In this document: positions 12,601-25,000 of the stretch, in pieces | How the letters are laid out: each line of letters begins with the position of its first letter | Position numbering within the stretch: the stretch's first letter is position 1 | Source: Chrysomallon squamiferum | Taxonomy: Eukaryota > Animalia > Mollusca | Length of the DNA stretch: 64,000 nt | Assembly: GCA_012295275.1 (NCBI GenBank) | Contig: CM022669.1 | Coordinates: 12,152,001-12,216,000, forward strand | Direction: 5' to 3' | Position numbers and translations under genes: made by a program | The notes under the pieces: model-generated | Database searches by the model: none | What the model saw: only the letters and a program-made list of their open reading frames with translations | Told to the model about the DNA's origin: nothing

Positions 12601-15600
12601 TTTGGGAAAAATAACCCAAGAATAGACACACAGATATTTGTTTTCTTATTTTGTTTTATTGTTCAGTGTGTGTGTGTGTATATATATATATATGTGTGTC
12701 TAGTAACTTAAAAATAACTTTTTGGAAGACATCTTTACAATATTATTATCTTCCATATTTTACTTATTTTAAGTTATTTTATTTGAATTTAATTTTCTCT
12801 CTCTCTTCAAACAGTACCAAAGAGATCAAACCCAGTGGACGGTACATCAGCAAGAAAGTGAAGAAAGTTCTGTCCAACACTCCGCACCATCTTCTGTCTT
12901 CAAAGCACGTCAACACAGCAGCCCCCAAAGCCCTACCGCACAAAGTCTTGAACCCTCAGCCCTCGAGACTGTCCAACGCCCACTCTGCTGTCGGTGGGTC
13001 CAATCCATCCCCAGTGCCCATGTCACACCATTCCCCTAACAGGACAGTCGTAGGAAACTATTCTCCTAGCAAAGGAGTCAATCAGATGGTGTCTTCATCA
13101 TCCAATCGTCCATCCGGTGGTTCAGCTGGACCAAGAAATAATTCTGCCCTTTATAACATGTCTTTCAGGTAAGATTTGTTGTTTTGTTTTTTTTGTATTT
13201 TTGTGTTGTATAGTCTTCCTTACAGAATAAAAGCTTGTGTCTAAAAGATACTTTTTTTTTTTTTATATATATATATATATATATTTATACATGTTTGTTT
13301 TTCATTATTGTTATTATCATTTATTTGTTTCATTATTATTTATTTTATATAATTTTTGTTGTTGTTGTTGTTGTTATTAAAGTGTTCTTGGGGTGATATA
13401 GACATAGTCTGAATAATTTTTTTTGGACTTCTAAAGGATTGTTTTGTTTCAGGTTGGAGATTAATCTTTTCTGATAATAAAGTATAATTAATAACTCTGT
13501 TAAAATTGTCATAGAAATATTGAGGTAAAAGTACATATGTTTTACTTTCTTTCTTTTTTTTTGATTACCGATTTCAGAATAAGCATAATGACATGCATTA
13601 ATCTGCTGGTAATTAAATACAGAAATATTTTTGTTGTTTAATGTGCATTTATTGCACACAATTAAAAAAAACAAAACAAAAAAAAAAAAAAACAATCCAG
13701 CTAAACCAGCACATGAAATAATATTTCTTAATTTAATCTTTACCAGGGACAGAATAATCCACCTATTAGCTTTGAGACCATACAAGAAGCCCGAGCTGTT
13801 GGTACGGTTACAGAGAGACGGAATCAAAGAAAAGGACAAAGGGTCTCTTGGAACTGTTCTGCACAAGGTGGCAGTGCTAGGTCGGGATAACGCGTACACG
13901 TTGGCAAAACACGCCTACAACGATGTGCGGCAGGACTGGCCTTTCTATTCACCTGCTGACAGAGCACTGTTAAAAAGGTTTGTCAGCCATTTACTGAAAA
14001 TTAGTTTGTATGAATTTACTTACTTCAGTGTTTTTTTGTGGTAGGGGTGGGGTGGGTGTGTGTTGTATGGTGTTAAGTATGTGATGCATACGAGTGTGCA
14101 CTTGTGTGTTTGTGTATATGCGAATTACAGGGGTTCAGTTCACGTCAGTAATCTGTGGTATCATATTATGATATTAAGCAGTAAAAGATTATAAATGACT
14201 TCATCTTTTTTATTTATTTATTTATTTATTTATTTACTTATTTATTTACTTATTTATTTACTTATTTATATATTTATTTATATATTTATTTATTTATTTA
14301 TTTATTCATGAGAACAAAATAAGGTCATATGTTCCAGTTTCATGACAGTTTGGTTTCTAATTTTAAATGTAATGGTTTATTTTGCTTTTTAATTTTATTT
14401 ATATATCTATATATCTGTCTGTCTACCACCATCTATATATTTATACTAGAATAAATGTATTTTAGATAAACAGTATGTGTATATATATATATTTTTGAAT
14501 AGTTTATATTTCATAAAAAAATGTTTATACATTTTGATAAAAAGTATGAAATATTTTACTGGGATTATATATATCATATTATATATACTTTTTTTTATAT
14601 AGATATGAAGAATATCACTGAATGTTTTTTTATTTTATTAAAATATTTTACAAAAACATATAAATCCAGACATCTGAAACATACATTTAGAAAATGTCAT
14701 ATTTAACTGCTCATTTAAATTTCAATTTTATTAACTGGTGGATAATTCATTGCTTAATAAACAATACACATCATGTCATTGCCACAGAATATTCCCTTAA
14801 TGGAATTGCTGATTACCAATCAGCTCTGCTCTGCAAATTAAGAAACTTTCCACTAACCCATAATAGGGCAACACAGTAAATTATTAACTAAATGACATAA
14901 GCATTGTTTTTAATCCCTAAAAATGCAAGTCTGAAGTTAGTATTAATATTAAAACTGAGATAATTATTAAAGATTTATTTCACTTTTTTAGTCATTTAAA
15001 TTTTTGTCTTAATTACACTGTCAGTTTCTACAGTAAAAAAAAAAATATATATATATTAAAAAAATATAATAATAACAATGATAATGATAACATTTTTTAA
15101 AAAGATCTTTGTGTTTCTAGAAATCTCCAGTCTGATGTCCGAAGTTCTTCCAATTCTCCGGCTGTGTCGCCAGCCAGCTGTAGTCCCAGCAGTCCAGACA
15201 CCACCTCCCAGCCATCCTCAGCTGTAAACCCCCAGGTCAGTTGTACAGAAAATTAAAAATTTTAAAAATTAAGTAACAGAGGTTTTTTTTCATTTTTTTT
15301 TTTTTTTTTCCTTGAAATTAAAAAAAAAAAAAAATCAAAATATTTTTTTTTTTTTTTACTCTTTGTTTTAATTTAGTTTTGTTTTTTTCATTGATAATTT
15401 TTTTTTAAATAAAAAAAATAATGATAAAAAAAAAATTGATACTTATAGTTAAAACAATGAAAAACAATGGGTTTCTTGTTTAAATTGAATTAAAAAAAAT
15501 TGACATTAATTTTGTTTATATTTCCAAGAAAATTATTTAACGAAGCTAAGATGTGTTCATTCAGATATTTAAAAATGGATTGTTTCAGAAAAGGCAAATT

Positions 15601-16893
15601 TCTGGAAACGCAGATGGTTATCATCCACTGAAAAAGCAACGAATTTCTCACCACGACAAGAAGAAAGATGTTGCTCCACATAACCCATCAAACCCACACA
15701 CTGAAAGCTCCGATAAATACGACAAACACAAACAGAAAGCGCCATCTTTGTCCCCTGACTCGAACAGTGAAAACCAGGAGCTTAACAGTAAGTGTGGCGT
15801 GATTTTGTTGCTTAAAATGTCTCAAATGTTATCAAGTCAAAAGTTTCTTTTTGAAAATGATCAATAGCAGAAGACTTCAAAAGTTGTTAGTTGGGTACAA
15901 GTACAATATAGGTACAGCTTTTCAAAATAAGATTTGGTGTATGTTGTTAATTCTAGTTTGTGTGTTGCAACTTTTGTAATACGCTTTTGTTCCACACCAA
16001 TTTTAATATAGTTTTGTTTCATATCACTTTTAAAATATTTTCTTATGTTACATACCGTTTTTGAAATATAAACTTTAAAAATAATAAAAAAACAAATTGT
16101 AAAATGAAATAATTTTCGTTTGAGTCATAAAATAAATTTAAAAAAAATTTTTCTTTAGTTTTTTTTTTTTTGTACAGTTGTTATGTATCTTGACCTATAT
16201 TTTTAATTTATACTTTTAATTTTTTTTTTATTAATTTTTTATTAATTAATTTATTTAGCTTACAATGCACTGGAAATAAGAACATTGAACTGATTGATAA
16301 TTAATTATTTGAAACATTTCAAAAACAGTGTTTTAAATAAAATACAGGAAACTAAATAATGTACATAAAAAAAAGTTATAAACTAATAAGTAAAATAGAA
16401 GAGAAAAAAAGATTAACTTAAAAGAAATGTTTTTGCATGTTCAGCTATAATAAATAAATAAATAAATGTACATCCAACAGTGATTAAAAAGATGAACTAG
16501 TGTTTTTATGATGATTTAATTATCTTCAGCTTATCCATCTCCAGATGATTAAAATCCATTTTTTTCTTAATTTCAGCAAACTCAAATGCTGTCTCTTCAA
16601 GTAACTACCCAGATTATATAAGGTAGGTTTTGAGTGAATAAATGTATTAAAATTTAAAAATTTTAAAATTTAAACTGTTTTTTTTAAATCATTTTGACAA
16701 CTAGAAAAATAAAATGAAAGGTGAAAATATGTGTGCATGTTTTTGATTATGCATAATCTTAATACATTTGTATGAGATTAATATAATTAAAAGTAGTAAG
16801 AAAAAAATGATTCTAATTCTAAAATAATTCTATAATAAATACCAGAATTAAAAAAAATTAAATAAAATATGAATTGTAAGATTATGGTATAAT

Positions 16894-16925
<32 letters not shown>

Positions 16926-18070
16926 CATATACATAAAATTTTCACCTTTATAATTTTAACATGAAAAAAATGTTTTAAAATTTAAAAAAAAATGGCTGTT
17001 GTTGTTGTTAATATTTTTATTATTATTTCGTAGATCCTACACAAACATTAAGAGTGCTGACCAGCGACAGAAGTACAAGCACGACTTCAACACCGACTAC
17101 GACGAGTACTGTAAACTACACATGAACATCGTCAGCGTCTCCAAGAAATTCTGTGAGTTTGAGTCTCAGATGAAACAGACCAAGAAAGGAACTCACGACT
17201 TTGAGGTACGGACTGTTGTTAAAATAGTTTTCAGTGTGTTTTGTTTATTTGTTACTAGTATTGAATTTGTTTGATGCGGTTTGGTGGGTGCTAAAAGAGT
17301 TTTAAGTGTTTGCAGCAGAATGGTTGGGAGGATGTATTTTTTTAAAATTAATTTTTATTCGTTGATGTTGTAGTTTTAATTAATTTATCACTGGTGGTTT
17401 AATAATATTATTATTTAATTCATTTGTATCTGATGTGTTAAATGTTTTTAATTATTATTTGGTGTTTAAATATTTTTTTTATTTTTTTTATTTTTATTAT
17501 TGTTATTTAATATTTGAAATATTTTCAGATAACATTTATTCAGTGTATATAACAATACATTTGACTTTTTTTTTTTTTTTTTTTTTTATTAAAATTAATG
17601 TCACATACTTGGGAATACAAAAGATGTTTTCTTAAATGTATCATTTTCAATTCAAGTTTTGAATTATTACAAAAGATGTTATTAGAGTTGGAATCAATCT
17701 GTTTACTCTGCTAACCAAGCATTTGAACAAGCCCAGTTACATATATTTTCATGAATAAATTTCCACAGAATTGATAAATCACAACAGTAAACACAATGCC
17801 TTTCAGTCAGCAAAACAGACACATGAGATGCAAATAAATCATCACAGTGATTCAATATAGAAATATTTATTACTCAAGGATGTAAATGTAGGAGTGTATT
17901 TGGAGAAGAAAGAAACAAAGCATTTTGGTGCATTTTTATTTTAAACTTGATTATAAAATGTTTTATTGATATTAATTAAACATTTATTGGGAGGTTTTAA
18001 AAATGTCAGTTTAGCTAGTATTTGTAATTAACTTGAATATTAGTTCCCACAATATATTTTGGTATATATG

Positions 18071-18140
<70 letters not shown>

Positions 18141-18669
18141 CTATTTCTATTATTTTTCTTCATTTTATAATTTAAAAAAAAAAATTATTTTACCTAAAAC
18201 CATTTCAGCATGATTCAGAAAAATTTTGAAAAATAAAAAGCAAACTAATTTCCTGGTGTTAAAATAGTGAAGCTGGCTTTAACAAAGTAGATGCTTGTTT
18301 TTTTCACTTTGTTTTTATAATGCTGTATTATATATTGATAACTATTTTCGATATATCTATTAAAAACTTAAATAAAAAATAATAAACTAATAAAAATTTA
18401 ACATTGTAATTCAAAATATCTACTACAGTTAATCAAAAATTAAATCAAAATCTGTGAATGTTGCCATTTATTTTAACAAAAACGTGTCTTTTTTCACGTT
18501 GCAGGTTTTAAAGAATAAAATTGTGCAGGAGTACTTAGCACAAAAGAATGACGAGAAGTTCATAGAACAGAGGAAGAGATTCAATTACCTCCACCTCAAA
18601 CTGGCCCACATCAAGAAGCTAATCTCGGACTTTGACCAGAACTGCATTGCTCAGAGTGCTTGTTTGTAG
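6950..18669 (+). CDS. ELL: RNA polymerase II elongation factor ELL, 5'-partial; join(6950..6997,9163..9287,12240..12365,12815..13168,13747..13977,15121..15235,15589..15787,16577..16622,17034..17205,18505..18669), 526 aa visible
   Basis: Ten GT-AG exons with matching phases give one open frame. It has the ELL N-terminal motifs (PSIQFQG, GSFECM, NVQASDDVY, RDRIIHLLALRPYKKPEL), a KKQRISH NLS-like motif and the C-terminal occludin/ELL domain (PDY, QRQKYKHDFNTDYDEY, YLHLKLAHIKKLISDFD). The expected first coding exon was not found and probably lies left of the window. Confidence 0.95.
9163..9287 (+). CDS. ELL: ELL exon (YVNVP...RTFQFAFSNIPSDRNGSFECMEQLD)
   Basis: ttttgcag acceptor, CAG|gtgctt donor, ELL-like GSFEC motif. 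Confidence 0.88.
11660..12215. repeat. Degenerate tandem repeat with core gataattattttgtag(g/a)tttc
   Basis: About 8 recognisable cores immediately upstream of ELL exon 12240. Confidence 0.6.
12240..12365 (+). CDS. ELL: ELL exon (YGHTLQSLGVMEMRINVQASDDVYRNTREKMTLAEEENKKV)
   Basis: cttgtag acceptor, TG|gtaagt donor, phase 2/2. Confidence 0.9.
12815..13168 (+). CDS. ELL: ELL exon (TKEIKPSGRY...YNMSF)
   Basis: Inside ORF 12651..13172; acag acceptor, CAG|gtaaga donor. Confidence 0.9.
13747..13977 (+). CDS. ELL: ELL exon (DRIIHLLALRPYKKPELL...DWPFYSPADRALLK)
   Basis: Hallmark ELL motif inside ORF 13631..14044; ccag acceptor, AAG|gtttgt donor. Confidence 0.93.
15121..15235 (+). CDS. ELL: ELL exon, Ser/Pro-rich linker
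   Basis: ttctag acceptor, CAG|gtcagt donor; phase fits both neighbours. Confidence 0.85.
15589..15787 (+). CDS. ELL: ELL exon (KRQISG...KKQRISHH...)
   Basis: Inside ORF 15553..15867; tttcag acceptor, ACA|gtaagt donor. Confidence 0.88.
16577..16622 (+). CDS. ELL: ELL small exon (TNSNAVSSSNYPDYI)
   Basis: tttcag acceptor, AAG|gtaggt donor; supplies the PDY motif and restores phase. Confidence 0.85.
17034..17205 (+). CDS. ELL: ELL exon, occludin/ELL domain part 1
   Basis: Encodes SYTNIKSADQRQKYKHDFNTDYDEY; tcgtag acceptor, GAG|gtacgg donor. Confidence 0.93.
18072..18137. repeat. (TG)n microsatellite
   Basis: Read directly. Confidence 0.95.
18505..18669 (+). CDS. ELL: ELL last coding exon, occludin/ELL domain part 2
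   Basis: ttgcag acceptor; encodes YLHLKLAHIKKLISDFDQ; TAG at 18667-18669. Confidence 0.93.
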   Translation, partial: VLKNKIVQEYLAQKNDEKFIEQRKRFNYLHLKLAHIKKLISDFDQNCIAQSACL

Positions 18670-18814
18670 CCACGAATTCACTGCTGGATGCTTCCAATGT
18701 GTGCAAGGCTGTTTTCTTTGCAATCAGTCCAGTCTGGCGCTAAAATTTCTTAAAGTGGCTTTTATTCTGCACTTACAAAGTGGATTTGTGTACTTACTCG
18801 GTCTTCGTAGCCGC

Positions 18815-19200
18815 AGCATTGATCTGCTTTTACACAGATTGGATCTGCATTTACTTGGATTTTTATCTTTGCACATGCAGAATGGATCTGCTTTTACAGA
18901 GACTGGATCTTGGCACCTGCAGATCGGATCTGCATTTCTTTGGATTTGGATCTTAGGATCAGCAGTTTTACAGAGATTGGATCTTTTCATCTGCAGATCG
19001 AATCTGCATTTATTTGGATTGGATCTTCTTTGGACATGCAGAATGGATCAGCAGTTTTTCAGAGATTGGATCTTTGCATCTGTACAGTTCTATAATGTAA
19101 TGAGATTGGATTGGATCTTTATGCCTGCAGAGTGAATCTGAATTTATGGAGACAGGATCTGCAACTGAGGATCTTTTACAAGGCAATGAAATCTGAAGAT
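18815..19200 (+). repeat. GGATCT/TGCAGA-rich degenerate tandem array in the proximal ELL 3'UTR
   Basis: About 13 GGATC copies, often 21-24 nt apart. Confidence 0.8.
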
Positions 19201-19368
19201 TGTCACTTTGCTCACATTGTTCCTGTATCAAAATGTAAAATCTTTGGAAATCTTGTTACTATAAATCGGTAACTTCAGCATTAATATGCATGTCCTTCCA
19301 TGCTGATATTTTAACAGATAGTCACTTTATTTCTCAAATTCGCATGTATAATAATATGTAACCTGTAT

Positions 19369-19399
<31 letters not shown>

Positions 19400-21995
19400 G
19401 AAATCATCATGCCATTTATGCTTTATTCCAAGTTGTATTTAATTGTAATGAAGGTGGAACACAAAATGTTAGAAATGAATATAAGTCCAGATGCATAACT
19501 GTTCTAATGAAAGAATAATATTTATTTTAAAAATGTATTTTAATTTATTAAATACTTCATTAATAATGAATTTCTTTGAATATCAAGAGTTCATAAATTT
19601 TACCCCATTGTGCTGGAAATTGTTTTACTTATTTATTGATGTCAACAATTAAATTTGATCATTTAAATTGTTGATAATTGTGGACTTTTAATTAACATAG
19701 CTTTTTGGAGAAAAACAAATTGTTACTGCACTATTTTCTAAAAAAACCTGTTAATTGTTCTAGTTAATTATTTAAGTTATTTTAAAATATTGTTTGAATT
19801 GTTTTAGACTACTTTTGCAACTAACTTCTAGGATTTGTGTTATTTAAATTCGAATATTTATCATTTTAAAACATAACTGATATAAATGTTACCTAAATCT
19901 ATCTGGGCAAAATTCTAAAAAAAAAAAAAATGAGTCAGAATAATAATTAAATGTTTATAGAGTTTGAAAAATTGTGAACAGTGCAAGCTAATTTCTTCAT
20001 CTTTGTGATAAACTGATGTGCCATTATGCAAATTACTTTTGTGTTCTTGTGTCTATGGTTCATGACGTGTGTGTGCAAGATATCCCACTGTTATGAATGA
20101 TCTGGTTTTACAAACCTATGAGCTGCAGTCCTAAATGGCATTTTAGAATATATATATAGAGAGAGAGAGTGCTGAATTTCTTTTTATTTATTATTATTAT
20201 TTTTTTTTTTTTTTTTTTTTTTTTTTTGGACAGTGTTTAAAGTTGTTAATATCTTTTAAACCTTTTTGTTATTTAAAAGAAATAGAAACTTTCACTGATA
20301 AATGTAATTTCATGATATATTTAAATTTTGTTTTGTTAAAAAAAAGAGACAACATGACAGTCCATCATGAGAACACTGTTGAAATGTTAGTCATTTTAAT
20401 GATTTTCCTTTTTTTTTTTCATCTTCTAGTAACTTGTTTCACCATGTATTTAGATTTTAATTAATTAATTTAAAATTACCAAATGTTCAAATTTCTAATT
20501 TATTAATTAAATTATTTTATTTCTGATGTTGTATTGTACCAAATAATCGACTCAGTATTTTTCACCATTTTGACGCAGAAATCTTATTATTTATAATAAT
20601 TATTATTACAGTATTTATAGAAAAAAAATAAATCACAGTTAAAATTATTCATGACAAAAATTATTATCTTCAACTCAAAATTATGAAAAATCTGGGCTGA
20701 GTATTTGGTAACCTTAATATTATGTGTAATTTGGCCAGTAACTAAATCAGTTTTCAGCATACCTGTCAAATACCAAAAATAACATAATTTAATTTTTTTG
20801 CATTCTGTGATACTAGATAGGTCATGAATTTTATTTAAAAAAAAAAAACAATTTCATAACTTCAAAACAAATCACAAAACAAAAAATTGCTTTAATTAGC
20901 TTCTGCAAAACTGAATAAGGGAATTTTAAAAATAGGCAACATGGGAAGATGTTGATAATTACATTCACGAATTTAATAAACTGATGACCATGGTGATCAC
21001 CTGCCATTTTTCAGTTACTTTTATCTAGGTTAGGAATTAAGATAAACAAAATTATTAAAAAATTTACATTTTATTTCAATCGGGGTAGTAAACGGACAAT
21101 TATTAGTTTTAGTTTTTACACTTGGTGAAAACTGTTGAAATCATAAATATCTTCTTTGTGTTTCTGATCAAAATAAACCAAGTCAAAGTGAGCAAAAATA
21201 CTAAAATATCAGTGATACCAGTGGTTTCAGTAAATATGCAAGAATAATTTGTCAATGAAAACAAAACTGATGTGCTGGGATCTGTATTACAAGAGATCCA
21301 AAGTGTATGTGATAGCGATGTGATCTTTAAGAAGCGAGCAAGTCATCATGACCTATTTGTGATATTTATTCCTGTATGCTTCCCAGTGTGCTTAATGTAA
21401 CAGTGCATCATTTGTAAATATTGGATTCTTCTGAACTAGAAGAATACTTTGATGGCTTATTTCTTAATGATATTTTTTTTTTTTTTGTCTTTAATTTTAC
21501 TTTGGGATCAAAGTACACATTCAAAAATTAGGTCACACATTGTTTTTTGTTTTTTTCTTTTATTTCATTTATTTAAAAAAAAAAAATTAAAAACAGTTTG
21601 ACATTTTTATTTTAGGCTTTGACATTCTTGTTATCTTTTGAATTCTTTCTTTATGATTATTATTGTTATTCTTATCATCATAATGGAACATTATATATAT
21701 ATATATATAATTACATTTATTTTAGTTATTTTTTTTTTGTAAATAATATCAGTATGGAAATTTTGACTTAATTAATAGTAACTAATAACAAATCATCTGG
21801 TGATATTTTATTATCTATATCATTGCTGAATTTCTGATATAAATATCTGTAATAAAATAGCAAAAAAAAATTTTTTAGGGAGTTTCAAATTTAATATACA
21901 TTTCATTTTATTATGCTGATTTATTAATTTTTTTTTTTTTTTTTAAAGTTTTTTTTAAGTTTAAAAATTTTATTATTATTATTATTAATATTATT

Positions 21996-22027
<32 letters not shown>

Positions 22028-25000
22028 AAGAAAAAGCAGAGAATATAATATAATATTAAAAACAGCATATTGTTGTTAACTACTGTTAAAACTGATTGTC
22101 TGTAATGTTTAATATTCATTGTAATAAATCTGCATTATAACACAAAGCATAAATATTTTGTATAACCTTAAATTTTATTTTTAATCTGTTGAATTCTGTG
22201 GGTATGGGATTTCATTATTTTTCAAAATTATTTTATATATAATAAAATAATTTAAAAAAAAGAAGAAAAAAAGTAAAATATTTATTTTTAAAAAAAAAGA
22301 AGAAAATATATATTTATAAATATAACATTGATAATATTTTTGTAGATTATTAATCTTTCCCATTTTTTTTTTTTTTTGTATATATATGTCATTCTTTCTG
22401 AATAATCAGTAATTAGCTAGTAACATAATGAAGGACTAAACTGAGAAATTTATTTTTGACTAACATAAACTGAAATCATGTGGAAATGCCTATTTTCTTT
22501 TCACTTATCCACAATCCCTGAGCAATATTCATGCATCAAGAGTTAAATTAAGACATTTATTTTTGCTTTGGCCATTGAATAACATAATGGGGAATCATAG
22601 TGAAATGCTTTTGTATCAGTGACAAACTCGTTTGTTTTACTTTTCCCTTGTCCACAAGCTCTGTTGCAAGTATGAGCAATATTCCTGTGTATTCCATGTG
22701 AACAAATTTGATTCCAGTGTTTAAGCAGTGCAGTGGTTCAATATTTGTCGACTGGGAATTTGGCATGTTATTGAGAACTTTGGCAGGACCTGTATCTTGG
22801 CAAATAACAACAGTTGAAATATTTGACCTATCTTAGCTTGTGTAATTGTTGACAAAAATTTGAGAAATTTCACTAACTTGAGTCAGTTTTTCTGTTTTCT
22901 AAATTTAATAATGAATACAGCTTTCTTTCTATTTCTGTCTTCTAATCCACACAGCACCCCCCCATCCCCCAATTTTCCGGTTTACATATATGGGAAGGGT
23001 TCAGATTCTCAGGCACAAATCTTCTTTAGCTAAATTTATATTTTATTTTATTATTTTTTTTATGGAATTATATACATTTCTTTTTTCGTTTTTGTGTAAT
23101 TTTTTTTTTAATTTTTCTTTATAAAAAACAAAACAAAAATAACATTAAAACAAAACCCCTAAAAAAACTAAATAAATACTGTTAATAAAATTAATGCATA
23201 TATTATACTAATAATTAATTCTTTTTAAAAATTAAATTCTTTAGAACTTTAAAAAAAAAAAATTGTATTTTAAAATCTGCCCTCATCTACTTATATACAT
23301 CAAAATTGTGCGTTTCAGTTTTTGCTCTGTATGTATGAATGTGTCTGTGTGTATGTATCATGTGAATGGATTAGAGGCAGAATTAATCAGTATTACTTTA
23401 TATCAGAAAGATTCAAGCACCTGCCTTTCTAAATTTCACAGAGATCTCATGCCTATAAATCTTTCTGTTTTTGTTGTACATATTTCTGTATGAACTGTAC
23501 TAGCATTATTTCTTTTATTATTATTGTTATTATTACTATTATTATTATTATTTTTTAATGTTCCTGCCACAATATTGCCATATTTAAAACAAATGTGTTA
23601 ATTTATGGTGCACCATGAGAATACAAAATTAAAATGTCTGACAAAGAATAATATTCACATGGGAAGATCATTGTTTTATATATATATATATAGCTGTGGT
23701 TAAAATTATAAGATGTGAACTTCATTGTGATTAGTTAATTAATCAGTACTGCTGTTAAAAACACACTGTAATCTTAAATACTGCTTGTTAAGTACTGGTA
23801 TTCTTTGCAAAACAAAGTGATGTTACGATAGTAATTAACATTCACGTATAAATGTGATTAATCCCCAAAAATAGGTCTTTATTTATTTCTATTTATTTTA
23901 TATACAGAAACTGTTTTTGTTTTTTTCAAAAGTATAACACTAATTATTTTAATGTAATTTTATTCTTTATAATTTATGTTAAGTTGTCTAGTTCAGCAGG
24001 GTATGTACTTAATATATATACAGTATCTGAAAACATTTAAAAGTAAAGTACTTCATATAGTTGTTTTTGTGTGAGATTATTATGTAAACTCTTCAAGATG
24101 TAGAAGATTTTCTTTTTGTATGTTAAGTTACTTAATATATGTACAATCAAAATAACACAACAGTTTTTATTCACTGCATAATTATTACAATCTGTATAGA
24201 GTTAAAATAAAATTTAAAAACCCAACAAATTAAAACTGTAAATAAATAAATTTTAAAAGAGGTTATTACTGATTTTATAAAAATAGTTTTGTTGAAGTAA
24301 CTTGCATTATTTAAATGTTTATCTTGAATATTTTAAAACACGTGTATTTCTGAATTGTAGAGGATGCATAAATGCATTATTTCCTTAACGAACAAAAAAC
24401 AACAAAAAATCAAATGAACTGACTATTAATCACACAATGCAACATCAGCAGTTATGAAAAATGTTATGGAAACATTAATGAAGACACTTTTCAGGATAAT
24501 TTGACTTTAAAACAAACCTGATATAGATATGAATATTCAGTATATTTTATACACTGACAAAGAATTAAAATGTAAAAATGTCCTTATGAACAGTTACACA
24601 TATATTTTTATATGACAGATTGATAATATTTTATTCTGTTTGTTTATTTTAATTTGATTGCGATTTAAATTGATGGTTAATTTATGCATTCAGTATCAAA
24701 ACATTTTTTTTTCTACTTCAGTTAGGAAGAAAACCCCCAAACAAAACAAAACTCAATCAAACCCAAGCCATAACTCTTGGAAAGTTTTGCAAAAACAGTT
24801 GCATTAACAACAGCAACAAAGAAAAAATGACATCAAACAGACCAGAACATTGTTCAGTTTAAAAAAAATATATATGTACAATTATTGTCAGTATTGAATT
24901 TTTAAAAAATATTTGTGGACATGTTGATCTCTGAATATTTCCTGTCTTCCTGTGTATTTAACAAACCAACTTTGTGCTTGATAAGTATTTCATGTGAATA

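Noticed and set aside
18667-18753. Stop-codon readthrough of ELL
   Set aside because: The context is TAG-CCA, not the TGA-CTAG type, and an in-frame TAA follows after 27 codons.
18632-19231. 167-aa ORF overlapping the ELL stop and other ORFs across the GGATC array
   Set aside because: Non-ATG start, no recognisable domain, and frames open on both strands because the repeat is poor in stop codons.
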